From positions 931 through 64,930 of the forward strand of contig JACPWF010000036.1 of the NCBI GenBank assembly GCA_016197155.1: a DNA stretch of 64,000 nt, in the 5' to 3' direction. Position numbers and translations under genes: made by a program. This stretch comes from Candidatus Omnitrophota bacterium. Its GTDB lineage: Bacteria; Omnitrophota; Gorgyraeia; 2-02-FULL-51-18. Below are positions 41,520 to 51,616 of this stretch, in pieces (position 1 is the stretch's first letter; every line of letters begins with the position of its first letter). The notes beneath the pieces are model-generated. The model was not told the origin of the DNA. It ran no database searches and saw only the letters and a list, made by a program, of their open reading frames with translations.

Positions 41520-42099
41520 CGATTTAAAATCCGTCGTCGAGGCGCTTTTGTTCGCCAGCGACCGGCCCCTCCCGCCCGATGAGATTTGTCTGGCCTTTTC
41601 CGCCGACGAGGGGGAGGCGGTCACGCCGGACGCGGTCCGGGAGGCGATCGGGATTTTGAAATCGGAATACGAATCGGAGGGACGCGGATTCCGGCTTTGC
41701 GAAATTGCGGGCGGTTTTCAGCTCATGACGGATCCGCGTTTTGCGCCGACCCTCAGGTGTTTTTACCAGGCCCGAGAAAAAAAGAAGCTGTCGCAGGCCA
41801 GCCTCGAGACGCTGTCGGTGATCGCGTACCGCCAGCCGGTCGCGAAGGCGGACGTCGAGTTTGTCCGCGGGGTGAACGTCGACGGGGCCTTAAAGACCCT
41901 TCTTGAAAAAGAGCTCGTGAAGGTGGTGGGCCGGAAGGACGTGCCGGGCCGCCCGATGCTTTACGGAACGACGCCGTTCTTTCTCGAGCATTTCGGCTTG
42001 AGTTCATTGGAAGAACTGCCGCCGCTTCCCGCATTCACGGAAAAAGACATCGAGGCGAGTCTCCTGCCGCCCGAGTTGAAAGAAAAGGAATCCCCATGA
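41506..42099 (+). CDS. scpB: Segregation and condensation protein B
   Basis: VVEALLFASDRPL... with tandem winged-helix domains, immediately downstream of scpA. Confidence 0.85.
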   Translation: MPGPDDLKSVVEALLFASDRPLPPDEICLAFSADEGEAVTPDAVREAIGILKSEYESEGRGFRLCEIAGGFQLMTDPRFAPTLRCFYQAREKKKLSQASLETLSVIAYRQPVAKADVEFVRGVNVDGALKTLLEKELVKVVGRKDVPGRPMLYGTTPFFLEHFGLSSLEELPPLPAFTEKDIEASLLPPELKEKESP

Positions 42100-43175
42100 G
42101 CATGGACAAGATCAGAAAAGACATCGACTCCATTGACAAAAAAATTCTGGAGCTTTTGAACGAACGCGCAGACGCCTCCAAAAAAATCGGGCGGATCAAA
42201 CAAAAAGAGGGGGAGGGCATCTACGCCCCGCACCGCGAAAAAGAGATTTTGGACAAACTCAAGGCCGCCAATCGCGGGCCTCTGCCGGGCCAGGCGATCG
42301 AGGCGATTTACCGCGAGATCATGTCGAGCTCGATCAACCTCGAAAAACCCGTGACGATCGCGTACCTGGGACCCGAATTCACGTTCACGCACCAGGCGGC
42401 GCAGAAAAAATTCGGCGCGTCGGTGAATTATTTTTCCTGCTCCAACATTTCGGACGTGTTCACCGAGGTGGAGCGCGCCCGCAGTGATTACGGCGTCGTG
42501 CCGGTGGAAAATTCCACCGAGGGCGCGGTCAATTACACGCTCGACATGTTCATCGAGTCCGACCTGAAGATCGGGGCGGAGCTCTATCTGCCGATCAACC
42601 ACCACCTTTTGTCAAACGCCTCGTCGCTCAAAAAAATCAATCAGGTCTATTCCAACCCGCAGGCCTTCGCGCAGTGCCGCCTCTGGCTCGAGTCCAATCT
42701 GCCCGGCGCGCGCCTGGTGCCGGTGGCCAGCACCGCGGACGCCGCGAAGTTCGTCGCCGGGCACCCCCAATTCCGAGAGGAGATCGCGTGTCTGGCAAGC
42801 CTTTTGGCCGCCAAGCAGTACGGCCTGAAGGTGGTCGCGCGCTCGATCGAGGACAAGGCCAGCAACACGACGCGCTTCATCGTGATCTCGCGGACCGAAT
42901 CCCAGCCGACGGCGAGCGATCGCACGTCCATTGTGTTCGAGGTCAAAGACCGCGTGGGCGCCCTGCACGACAGCCTGGTTCCGTTTCAAACGGCGCGGAT
43001 CAATTTGACCAAGATCGAATCGCGCCCCTCAAAGAAAAAAGTGTGGAGTTATTATTTCTTCGTGGATTTTGAGGGCCACGCCAAAGAGCCCCGCGTGGAA
43101 AAGGCGCTTAAGGAACTCGAGACCCACTGCCGGTTTTTAAAAATTTTAGGCTCTTATCCCAGGGCAGAAGCCTGA
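42096..43175 (+). CDS. pheA: Bifunctional chorismate mutase / prephenate dehydratase (with ACT domain)
   Basis: N-terminal AroQ chorismate mutase helix (IRKDIDSIDKKILELLNERADASKKIGRIK), a PDT domain (TRF(L/I)VIS) and a C-terminal ACT domain. Confidence 0.9.
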   Translation: MSMDKIRKDIDSIDKKILELLNERADASKKIGRIKQKEGEGIYAPHREKEILDKLKAANRGPLPGQAIEAIYREIMSSSINLEKPVTIAYLGPEFTFTHQAAQKKFGASVNYFSCSNISDVFTEVERARSDYGVVPVENSTEGAVNYTLDMFIESDLKIGAELYLPINHHLLSNASSLKKINQVYSNPQAFAQCRLWLESNLPGARLVPVASTADAAKFVAGHPQFREEIACLASLLAAKQYGLKVVARSIEDKASNTTRFIVISRTESQPTASDRTSIVFEVKDRVGALHDSLVPFQTARINLTKIESRPSKKKVWSYYFFVDFEGHAKEPRVEKALKELETHCRFLKILGSYPRAEA

Positions 43176-44293
43176 TGCCGGAAGGACCTCTTTTTCGCTC
43201 GGCCAAAAAAAATCTCGCCCTTGTCAAAAATTACGAACCGGGGAAGCCTCTCGAGGAACTCGAGCGCGAATACGGCGTGAAGCGCGCCGTGAAGCTCGCG
43301 TCCAACGAGAACTCCCTCGGCCCTTCGCCGAAGGCGCTTGTGGCCGCCAAAAAAGCGCTGGCGCGCGTTCACCGCTACCCCGACGGCGGCTCGTTTTATC
43401 TGCGGCGGCGCCTTTCAAAATTTTTGGGCGTGCGGCCCGAGACGCTCATTTTCGGAAACGGCTCGGACGAAATCCTTGTGATGGCCGCGCGCGCCTTTGC
43501 CGGCAAAGGGGACGAGGTGCTCATCGCCGACCCCACTTTTTTGATTTATGAGATCGCCTCCCGGGCCGAGGGGGCGAATGTCGTGAAAGTGCCGATGAAG
43601 AATTTTCATTACGACCTGGAGGCGATGCGCGGGCGGCTGGGCGCGCGAACGAAACTTATTTTCATCGCCAACCCCGATAACCCCGTGGGGACTTACATTC
43701 AAAAAGGGCCGCTCCTGCGTTTTCTAAAGGCCGTGCCGCGCCGCGCGGTCGTGGTGCTGGACGAGGCGTACCATGAATTCGCCAGACAAGAGAAAGATTA
43801 TCCGCGCTCGCTTGAGCTGCTTAAAACATTCGACAACCTGATCGTCACGCGCACCTTTTCGAAGGCCTATGGATTGTCGGGGCTTCGCATCGGTTACGGG
43901 GTCGCGCGGCCGGAAGTGATCCGATCGCTCAACAAAGTGCGAGAGCCCTTTAACGTGAACCTCGTCGCGCAGGCCGCGGCCGCGGCCGCGCTCGACGACA
44001 CGGCGCATTTGCGGCGCACCCTCCGGATGGTGAAAGAAGGCCGGGCCGTTCTTCAAAAAGCGCTCACGGCACTCGGATTCGCCGTCGTCGGGACGGCCAC
44101 CAATTTTATTTTGGCGGACGCCAAAACCGACGCGCGGATTTTGTACGAAAAACTCCTGAGGAAGGGCGTCATCGTCCGCTCGATGCACGCCTGGGGGATG
44201 GACACCTTTATCCGCGTCACGATCGGAAGGCCGGAGGAAAACCGGAAATTGATAAACGCCTTAAAAGAAATTTTGAAAAAGGAGCCGTCATGA
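43175..44293 (+). CDS. hisC: Histidinol-phosphate / aromatic aminotransferase (class II, HisC family)
   Basis: LASNENSLGPSP...YPDGG..., PLP-lysine region SKAYGLSGLRIGY. Embedded in the aromatic amino acid gene block. Confidence 0.8.
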   Translation: MPEGPLFRSAKKNLALVKNYEPGKPLEELEREYGVKRAVKLASNENSLGPSPKALVAAKKALARVHRYPDGGSFYLRRRLSKFLGVRPETLIFGNGSDEILVMAARAFAGKGDEVLIADPTFLIYEIASRAEGANVVKVPMKNFHYDLEAMRGRLGARTKLIFIANPDNPVGTYIQKGPLLRFLKAVPRRAVVVLDEAYHEFARQEKDYPRSLELLKTFDNLIVTRTFSKAYGLSGLRIGYGVARPEVIRSLNKVREPFNVNLVAQAAAAAALDDTAHLRRTLRMVKEGRAVLQKALTALGFAVVGTATNFILADAKTDARILYEKLLRKGVIVRSMHAWGMDTFIRVTIGRPEENRKLINALKEILKKEPS

Positions 44294-45306
44294 TCATCGT
44301 TTTGAAACCGGAAGCGACCCCAAAAGAGATCAAGCACATCGAGGACAAGATCCGCGAGCTGGGCTTGAAACCGATGCTCTCCGTCGGAAAGGAGAGAACC
44401 ATCATCGGCGTCATCGGCGAGGAGGACAAGGCGCGCATCCAGCCGTTTGAGGCCTTCCCCGGCGTCGAGAGCGTGATGCCGATCCAAAAGCCCTACAAAT
44501 TTGTTTCGCGCGAGTTTAAAAAAGAGGACAGCGTCGTCAAGATCGTCCCCGGCGTCGAGGTCGGGGGAGAGAAGATCGTCGTGATGGCCGGCCCCTGCAC
44601 GGTCGAGAATCGCGAGAGGTTGCTGGCCATCGCCGAGCTCGTGAAAAAAAGCGGCGCCAAGGTTTTGAGAGGGGGCGCCTTCAAGCCCCGCACCTCTCCC
44701 TATTCTTTCCAGGGCCTGAAGGACAAGGGGATGAAATTTTTGTACGAGGCGAAGAAAAAAGTCGGCCTTCCCATCGTCACGGAGCTCATGGACCCGCGCG
44801 ACCTGCCGCTTTTTCTGAAATACGCGGACATCATTCAAATCGGCGCGCGGAACATGCAGAACTTCGAACTTTTGAAAGAGGTCGGCAAAACCAAAAAGCC
44901 CGTGCTTTTGAAACGCGGGATGGCCAGCACGATCAAGGATTTTTTGTTGTCCGCCGAATACGTCGTCTCGGAGGGAAACCCCAACTGCATCCTGTGCGAG
45001 CGCGGCATCCGCACGTTTGAGGACACGACGCGCTTCACGCTCGACATCAGCGCGGTGCCGGTCATTAAAAAATTGAGCCACCTGCCGGTCATCATCGACC
45101 CCTCGCATTGTTCCGGCATCTGGGACTACGTGGCGCCGCTGGCCAAGGCGGCGATCGCCGTCGGCGCGGACGGACTTTTGATCGAGGTCCACAACGATCC
45201 GGAAAAGGCGCTCTGCGACGGCCCGCAGGCCCTGAAGCCGAATAAGTTCGACGCGCTCATGCACGAACTCCGCCAGATCGCCGCGGTCATCGGAAGGACC
45301 CTCTAG
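44290..45306 (+). CDS. 3-deoxy-7-phosphoheptulonate (DAHP) synthase, type I-beta with N-terminal ferredoxin-like regulatory domain
   Basis: MIIVLKPEATPKEIKHIEDKIRELGLKPM (regulatory domain), then GPCTVENRERLLAIAELVKKSGAKVLRGGAFKPRTSPYSFQG... (KDO8PS-like TIM barrel). Confidence 0.85.
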   Translation: MIIVLKPEATPKEIKHIEDKIRELGLKPMLSVGKERTIIGVIGEEDKARIQPFEAFPGVESVMPIQKPYKFVSREFKKEDSVVKIVPGVEVGGEKIVVMAGPCTVENRERLLAIAELVKKSGAKVLRGGAFKPRTSPYSFQGLKDKGMKFLYEAKKKVGLPIVTELMDPRDLPLFLKYADIIQIGARNMQNFELLKEVGKTKKPVLLKRGMASTIKDFLLSAEYVVSEGNPNCILCERGIRTFEDTTRFTLDISAVPVIKKLSHLPVIIDPSHCSGIWDYVAPLAKAAIAVGADGLLIEVHNDPEKALCDGPQALKPNKFDALMHELRQIAAVIGRTL

Positions 45307-45380
45307 GCGCCTTCGGAAAAACTGGACTTTTGGCGATCGAGAATGTATACTCATTGTATATCCATTTGGAGGATTGAGCG

Positions 45381-45623
45381 ATGACAACGACCGTTCAAAA
45401 ATGGGGAAACAGCCTGGCCCTGCGGATCCCGATTGCTTTCGCAAGAAATATCCACCTGCGCCGGGGATCGGAAGTGGACCTGGTGATGACAAAAGATAAA
45501 ATCGAGATTCGTCCGGCCAAACCCGGCAAGAAGTACGTCTTGTCAGAAATGATAAGAAAAATCAACAAGAAAAACGTTCACTCAGAGACGGAATGGGGAA
45601 CGGTCGGCCGGGAAATGCTTTGA
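45381..45623 (+). CDS. mazE: MazE/PemI-like antitoxin (SpoVT/AbrB swapped-hairpin fold)
   Basis: MTTTVQKWGNSLALRIPIAFARNIHLRRGSEVDL... 80 aa. Its stop overlaps the start of the downstream toxin gene. Confidence 0.75.
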   Translation: MTTTVQKWGNSLALRIPIAFARNIHLRRGSEVDLVMTKDKIEIRPAKPGKKYVLSEMIRKINKKNVHSETEWGTVGREML

Positions 45624-45985
45624 TGCCCCAAACGTACTGTCCCGAACGGGGCGATGTCGTTTGGATCTCATTTTCTCCGCAGAGCGGGCACGAACAGGCG
45701 GGCCACAGGCCGGCTCTCGTGTTGACCCCCAAGGCCTATAACCGGAAAACAGGCGTGGCCGTTTTTTGTCCCATTACCACCAAAGCAAAGGGCTATTCGT
45801 TTGAAGTGGTTATCCCGCCGGGTCATGAGATCAGCGGCGTTGTTTTGTCCGACCACCTCAAAAGCCTTGACTGGAGGGGCAGGCGCGCCCATTTTTGCTG
45901 CGTGATGCCCGCCGGACTTGTCGATGATGTGACACAGCAAATAGGGGTTCTCCTGCAGGCCAAGATTTCCCGAGACGTTCAATGA
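45623..45985 (+). CDS. mazF: MazF/PemK-like endoribonuclease toxin
   Basis: MPQTYCPERGDVVWISFSPQSGHEQAGHRPALVLTPKAYNRKTGVAVFCPITT... ATG at 45623 overlaps the mazE TGA. Confidence 0.8.
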   Translation: MPQTYCPERGDVVWISFSPQSGHEQAGHRPALVLTPKAYNRKTGVAVFCPITTKAKGYSFEVVIPPGHEISGVVLSDHLKSLDWRGRRAHFCCVMPAGLVDDVTQQIGVLLQAKISRDVQ

Positions 45986-46827
45986 AAAAACCATTATTTA
46001 AAAAAATTGCGATCGTCGGCGTCGGCCTGATCGGAGGCTCGATCGGGATGGCCGTCAAGCGGCGCAAGCTGGCCGGGCTCGTGGTCGGCGTGGTTCATCA
46101 CAGGAAAACCATTCCGGGGGCTTTTGAAAAAAAAGCGATAGACGTCGCCACGCTCGATTTGCGCGAGGGGATAAAAGGGGCGGACCTTGTCGTTCTCTGC
46201 GCGCCGGTTGAAACCATCATCCGGCAACTGGAGAGAATAGGCCCTTACCTGAAAAGGGGCGCCGTTGTGATAGACGTGGGCAGTTCAAAGGTTGAAATCA
46301 ATAAAAAAGCGAAAAAAAATCTGAAACAGAATCGCTTCGTGGGCTGTCACCCCATGGCGGGTTCCGAAAAACAGGGCGTGTCCTTCGCCGATGCGGATCT
46401 TTTTAAGAATCGGGTTTGCTTTTTAACGGCCCGCGACCGGCTCATCGAAAAGTTTTGGCGGAATTTGGGCTCCCGGACTTTTTATTTGGCGCCGGCCGAG
46501 CACGACCGATGGGTGGCGTCGGTCAGCCACCTGCCTCATCTTCTGTCGTTTATCCTGTTTCAAAAGATAAGCCCGGGGCTCTTAAAGGGACGGCAGATCA
46601 AGGAACTGAATCCCAGTATCCGCGATTTCGCGCGGCTGGCCCAATCCGATCCGGCGCTGTGGTCAGAAATTTTATTATCCAACCGCGAAAATATTTTAGA
46701 AGCGCTTTCTCGATTTAAAGCGGATGCCGCGCGGTTCCGGAATATTCTTCATTCTAAAAATTCCGCCGGACTTACTCAATTTATCTCCCATGCCAGAAAA
46801 AGCGCGTCCGAATTCGCCGCGGATTAA
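45982..46827 (+). CDS. tyrA: Prephenate/arogenate dehydrogenase
   Basis: IAIVGVGLIGGSIGMAVKRRKL... (NAD-binding) and a catalytic domain with the HLPH motif (SHLPHLLSF). Confidence 0.85.
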   Translation: MKKPLFKKIAIVGVGLIGGSIGMAVKRRKLAGLVVGVVHHRKTIPGAFEKKAIDVATLDLREGIKGADLVVLCAPVETIIRQLERIGPYLKRGAVVIDVGSSKVEINKKAKKNLKQNRFVGCHPMAGSEKQGVSFADADLFKNRVCFLTARDRLIEKFWRNLGSRTFYLAPAEHDRWVASVSHLPHLLSFILFQKISPGLLKGRQIKELNPSIRDFARLAQSDPALWSEILLSNRENILEALSRFKADAARFRNILHSKNSAGLTQFISHARKSASEFAAD

Positions 46828-47497
46828 ACGCCGGCTCATCATCGCCATTGACGGTCCCGCGGGAAGTGGCAAATCCACCACGGCCAAGGCGCTCGCCAGG
46901 CGTCTCAGGATTCCCTACATTGACAGCGGCGCCATGTACCGCGCCCTCACGCTCGCGGCCGTCGAGAAAAAGGTTTCCTTCCGCGACAAACCCGCGCTCG
47001 TCCGCCTGGCGAAGCAATGCGAGATCGGCCTCGAAGCCGATCCCGGCAGGGCCCAAAGGGTATTTCTGGACGGAAAGGACGTCACGCGGCGGATCCGACT
47101 CCCGGAGCTCACCTCGAAAGTCTTTGCCGTCGCGCAGATTCCCGCGATCCGGCGGGAGCTCGTGGGGAAGCAGAGGCGTTTGGGCCTCCGGCGCGGGGGG
47201 GTCATGGAGGGCCGCGACATCGGGACGGTCGTTTTCCCGGGGGCGGATTATAAATTTTTCTTCGTTGCCAAGGAAGCGATCCGGGCCAAGAGGCGGCACC
47301 GGGAGCTTTTGGCCTCCGGCGCCCGCGCGGGGTTTTCCCGCGTTTTGAGGGACATGCAAAAGAGGGACCGGACCGACCGCACGCGCCGCGAAGGCCCCTT
47401 GAAACGCGCCAAGGACGCGGTCCTCATCGACACAACGTCATTGACAATTTCCCAGACAGTTGATAGAATCCTGCGGTTTCTCGCCCATGCCCGGTAA
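46790..47497 (+). CDS. cmk: Cytidylate kinase
   Basis: IIAIDGPAGSGKSTTAKALARRLRIPYIDSGAMYRALT... The ATG at 46790 gives a 38-nt overlap with tyrA. Conserved cmk-rpsA linkage nearby. Confidence 0.88.
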   Translation: MPEKARPNSPRIKRRLIIAIDGPAGSGKSTTAKALARRLRIPYIDSGAMYRALTLAAVEKKVSFRDKPALVRLAKQCEIGLEADPGRAQRVFLDGKDVTRRIRLPELTSKVFAVAQIPAIRRELVGKQRRLGLRRGGVMEGRDIGTVVFPGADYKFFFVAKEAIRAKRRHRELLASGARAGFSRVLRDMQKRDRTDRTRREGPLKRAKDAVLIDTTSLTISQTVDRILRFLAHAR

Positions 47498-48167
47498 CGC
47501 GCGCGGCGCGGGGCGCGCGGCGGGGTCGGTCTGGTTTTACGGGTTTATAAAAGCTGTTCTTTTTATCGCGTATAAAATTTTTTTTCGTTTCAGGTGTTAT
47601 GGCTCCGAGAATATCCCGGGCCCCGACGACCCCCGCGGCGTGATTTTGGCGGCCAATCACGCCAGTTTTTTGGACCCGCCGCTCATCGGCATCTCGTCCG
47701 AACGTCGCGTCACTTTTTTGGCGAAAAATTATTTGTTTAAGGCTTTTTTCGTCGGCAGTATCCTCCGCGGCATCGGCAGTTTTCCGATCAAGACGGGCGC
47801 GAATGATTTTAAAACCATTCGCGGCCTCATCCGCCTTCTCGAGGCGGGCCGGTGTCTCTTGGTTTTTCCGGAAGGCACGCGCTCGCCCGACGGGCAATTT
47901 CGCGAGCCCGAGGGCGGGGTCGGATTTCTGGCCGCCAAAAGCCGCGCGGTCGTGGTGCCCGTTTATATCCGGGGTTCTTTTGAGGCCTTTCCGAAGGGGG
48001 CCCGGTTTTTCAGGTGTCACCCGATCGAGATCCGGTTTGGCAAGGCGTTTGTGCCGGTTCTCGAAAAAGAGACGGCGGGCGAGGGCGCGGATCCTTATCT
48101 GGCCGTGAGCCAAAGCATTATGGAAGCCATCAAAAAACTGGCGGTTGAAAGTTCACCGCGGGAATAG
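47487..48167 (+). CDS. plsC: 1-acyl-sn-glycerol-3-phosphate acyltransferase
   Basis: ANHASFLDPPL (HX4D variant context) and FPEGTRS motifs typical of the LPLAT/AGPAT family. Confidence 0.85.
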   Translation: MPGNARGAGRAAGSVWFYGFIKAVLFIAYKIFFRFRCYGSENIPGPDDPRGVILAANHASFLDPPLIGISSERRVTFLAKNYLFKAFFVGSILRGIGSFPIKTGANDFKTIRGLIRLLEAGRCLLVFPEGTRSPDGQFREPEGGVGFLAAKSRAVVVPVYIRGSFEAFPKGARFFRCHPIEIRFGKAFVPVLEKETAGEGADPYLAVSQSIMEAIKKLAVESSPRE

Positions 48168-48182
48168 GAGAAGAAAAAGAGC

Positions 48183-49792
<1,610 letters not shown>

Positions 49793-49793
<1 letters not shown>

Positions 49794-50998
49794 TGAATTC
49801 GATCGATCTTCTCTGTCAAAATGCCGCCGAGGTGATTGACAGGGAGGAGCTCAAATCCCGTCTCGAAGAATCCCAAAAGTCCGGCAAGCCGCTTCGCGTC
49901 AAGGCCGGCTTTGACCCCAGCGCCCCCGACATTCATCTGGGACACACCGTTCTCCTCCGCAAACTGCGCCAATTTCAGGACGCGGGCCACAAGGTTGTTT
50001 TCATCATCGGTGATTACACGGCGATGATCGGGGACCCCACCGGCCAGACCAAGACCCGTCCGGCGCTTTCCAGAGACGAAGTGGAAAAAAACGCGGAAAC
50101 CTACAAACAGCAGGCTTTCAGGATTTTGGACGGCGATCCCAAAAAAATAGAAGTGGTCCGCAACGGGGAGTGGCTCGGCGCCGCCGATATGTTTCAAATT
50201 TTCTTCGAAAAAATCAGTCCCCTGGCAACGGTCGATCAACTGCTGGCGCGGGAAGATTTTGATAAACGAAGAAAGGCGCACCGGCCCATCAGCTTCCGCG
50301 AATTTCTCTATCCTCTTTTACAGGGGTACGATTCCGTCAGAGTGAGGGCGGATCTGGAGCTGGGGGGGACGGACCAAAAGTTCAATCTCCTGATGGGCAG
50401 GGACCTGCAGTCCGGTTTCGGCCAAAGACCACAGATCGTGATGACGATGCCGCTTCTGACGGGCCTCGACGGGACTCAAAAAATGTCCAAGTCCCTCGGC
50501 AACGCGATTGGGGTTCTGGATGGCGCCCCGGACATGTTCGGAAAGATCATGTCGATTCCGGACGCGCTCATGGAGCCCTACTTTAAACTGCTCACCTTGC
50601 CGACCGATGCCGAGTGGAAAGAAATTTCGGCCAAGATCAAGACCGATCCGCGGAACGCCAAACGCGACCTGGCGATGCGGGTGGTCAATCAGTACCACGG
50701 AGAGTCCGCCGCCCAAAAAGCCGCGCAGGATTTTGACCGCGTTTTTCGCGACAAGAAAAATCCGGAGGCCCCCAAAGAGCTTTTTATCGAAGGACGCGAA
50801 ACGGGGATCGCGGATTTATTGAAAATGTCCCGCGTCGTCGGGTCCACAAGCGCCGCCTATCGGCTCGTGGAACAGGGCGGTGTCAGCATCGACGGCAAGA
50901 AAATTTTAGACCCCAAAACCGTCATCAAGGTCAAAGACGGACAAATCCTCAAGGCCGGCAAGAAGGCCTTTTTCAGAATTATCCCCAAAAAGAAGTAA
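49793..50998 (+). CDS. tyrS: Tyrosine--tRNA ligase (with C-terminal S4 domain)
   Basis: GFDPSAPDIHLGHTVLLRKL (HIGH), KMSKS, and a C-terminal S4-like domain. Confidence 0.9.
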
Positions 50999-51031
50999 GC
51001 TGTTAATCATACAAAATCTTATCTATGCCGT

Positions 51032-51061
51032 GGCGGTACCGGGTTCGAACCCGGTACCGCC
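51032..51061. repeat. Perfect 30-nt palindrome GGCGGTACCGGGTTCGAACCCGGTACCGCC downstream of tyrS (terminator-like; T-run 17 nt further on)
   Basis: The sequence equals its own reverse complement. The centre GGTTCGAACC resembles a tRNA T-arm, but no tRNA cloverleaf can be built around it. Confidence 0.5.
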
Positions 51062-51139
51062 TGTCTGTGAACCTTGTATTTTTTATCAAAATCATGTACT
51101 ATTTAGCATAGATAACAGAAGCGACCTTGAGAGAGGTGG

Positions 51140-51616
51140 ATGATGAAAAAAGGGGCGTTGTTTATCGGCTTGTTTATCCTGGCGCTCGCGGCCGGGCAGG
51201 CGGGGCGGATTTATGCCCAGTCCGCGGATTTGAGTCAGGCCAAGGTCGTGGAGATGAACGGATCGGCGCAGTTTGAAAAGGCCGGGACTTCCGCATGGCT
51301 TCCTCTGGATAAAAATACCCTATTGAGCGAGGGGGATACGGTGAAAACCGCGCACGGCTCTCAGGTTAGGCTGGAACTCGTCGGCAACGCCAAAACCGCC
51401 GAAATCGTGGTCCGGGAAAACAGCGAATTTTTATTCAAAACTTTTCGTCACGACGAAGGCGCCAAACTGGACAACACCCTTTTGGATGTCGAGGTCGGGA
51501 GCGTTTTGGTGAAGGCCGAAAAGCTGGTCGGCAATTCCAAATTTGAGGTGAAGACTCCCACATCGATCGTCGGCATCCGGGGCACCATTTTCGAGGTTAA
51601 TGTCACCCAAGCCTGA
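51140..51616 (+). CDS. FecR-domain protein with signal peptide
   Basis: Signal peptide MMKKGALFIGLFILALAAGQA, then a FecR-like beta-sandwich region (TVKTAHGSQVRLELVGN...TSIVGIRGTIFEV). This is the common upstream partner of CHASE2 sensors. Confidence 0.7.
   Translation: MMKKGALFIGLFILALAAGQAGRIYAQSADLSQAKVVEMNGSAQFEKAGTSAWLPLDKNTLLSEGDTVKTAHGSQVRLELVGNAKTAEIVVRENSEFLFKTFRHDEGAKLDNTLLDVEVGSVLVKAEKLVGNSKFEVKTPTSIVGIRGTIFEVNVTQA

Noticed and set aside
51031-51062. Possible tRNA gene suggested by the GGTTCGAACCC T-arm-like sequence
   Set aside because: The T-loop would be 6 nt, not 7. The sequence is a perfect 30-nt palindrome, and no D-arm, anticodon arm or acceptor stem can be formed. Treated as a hairpin or terminator instead.
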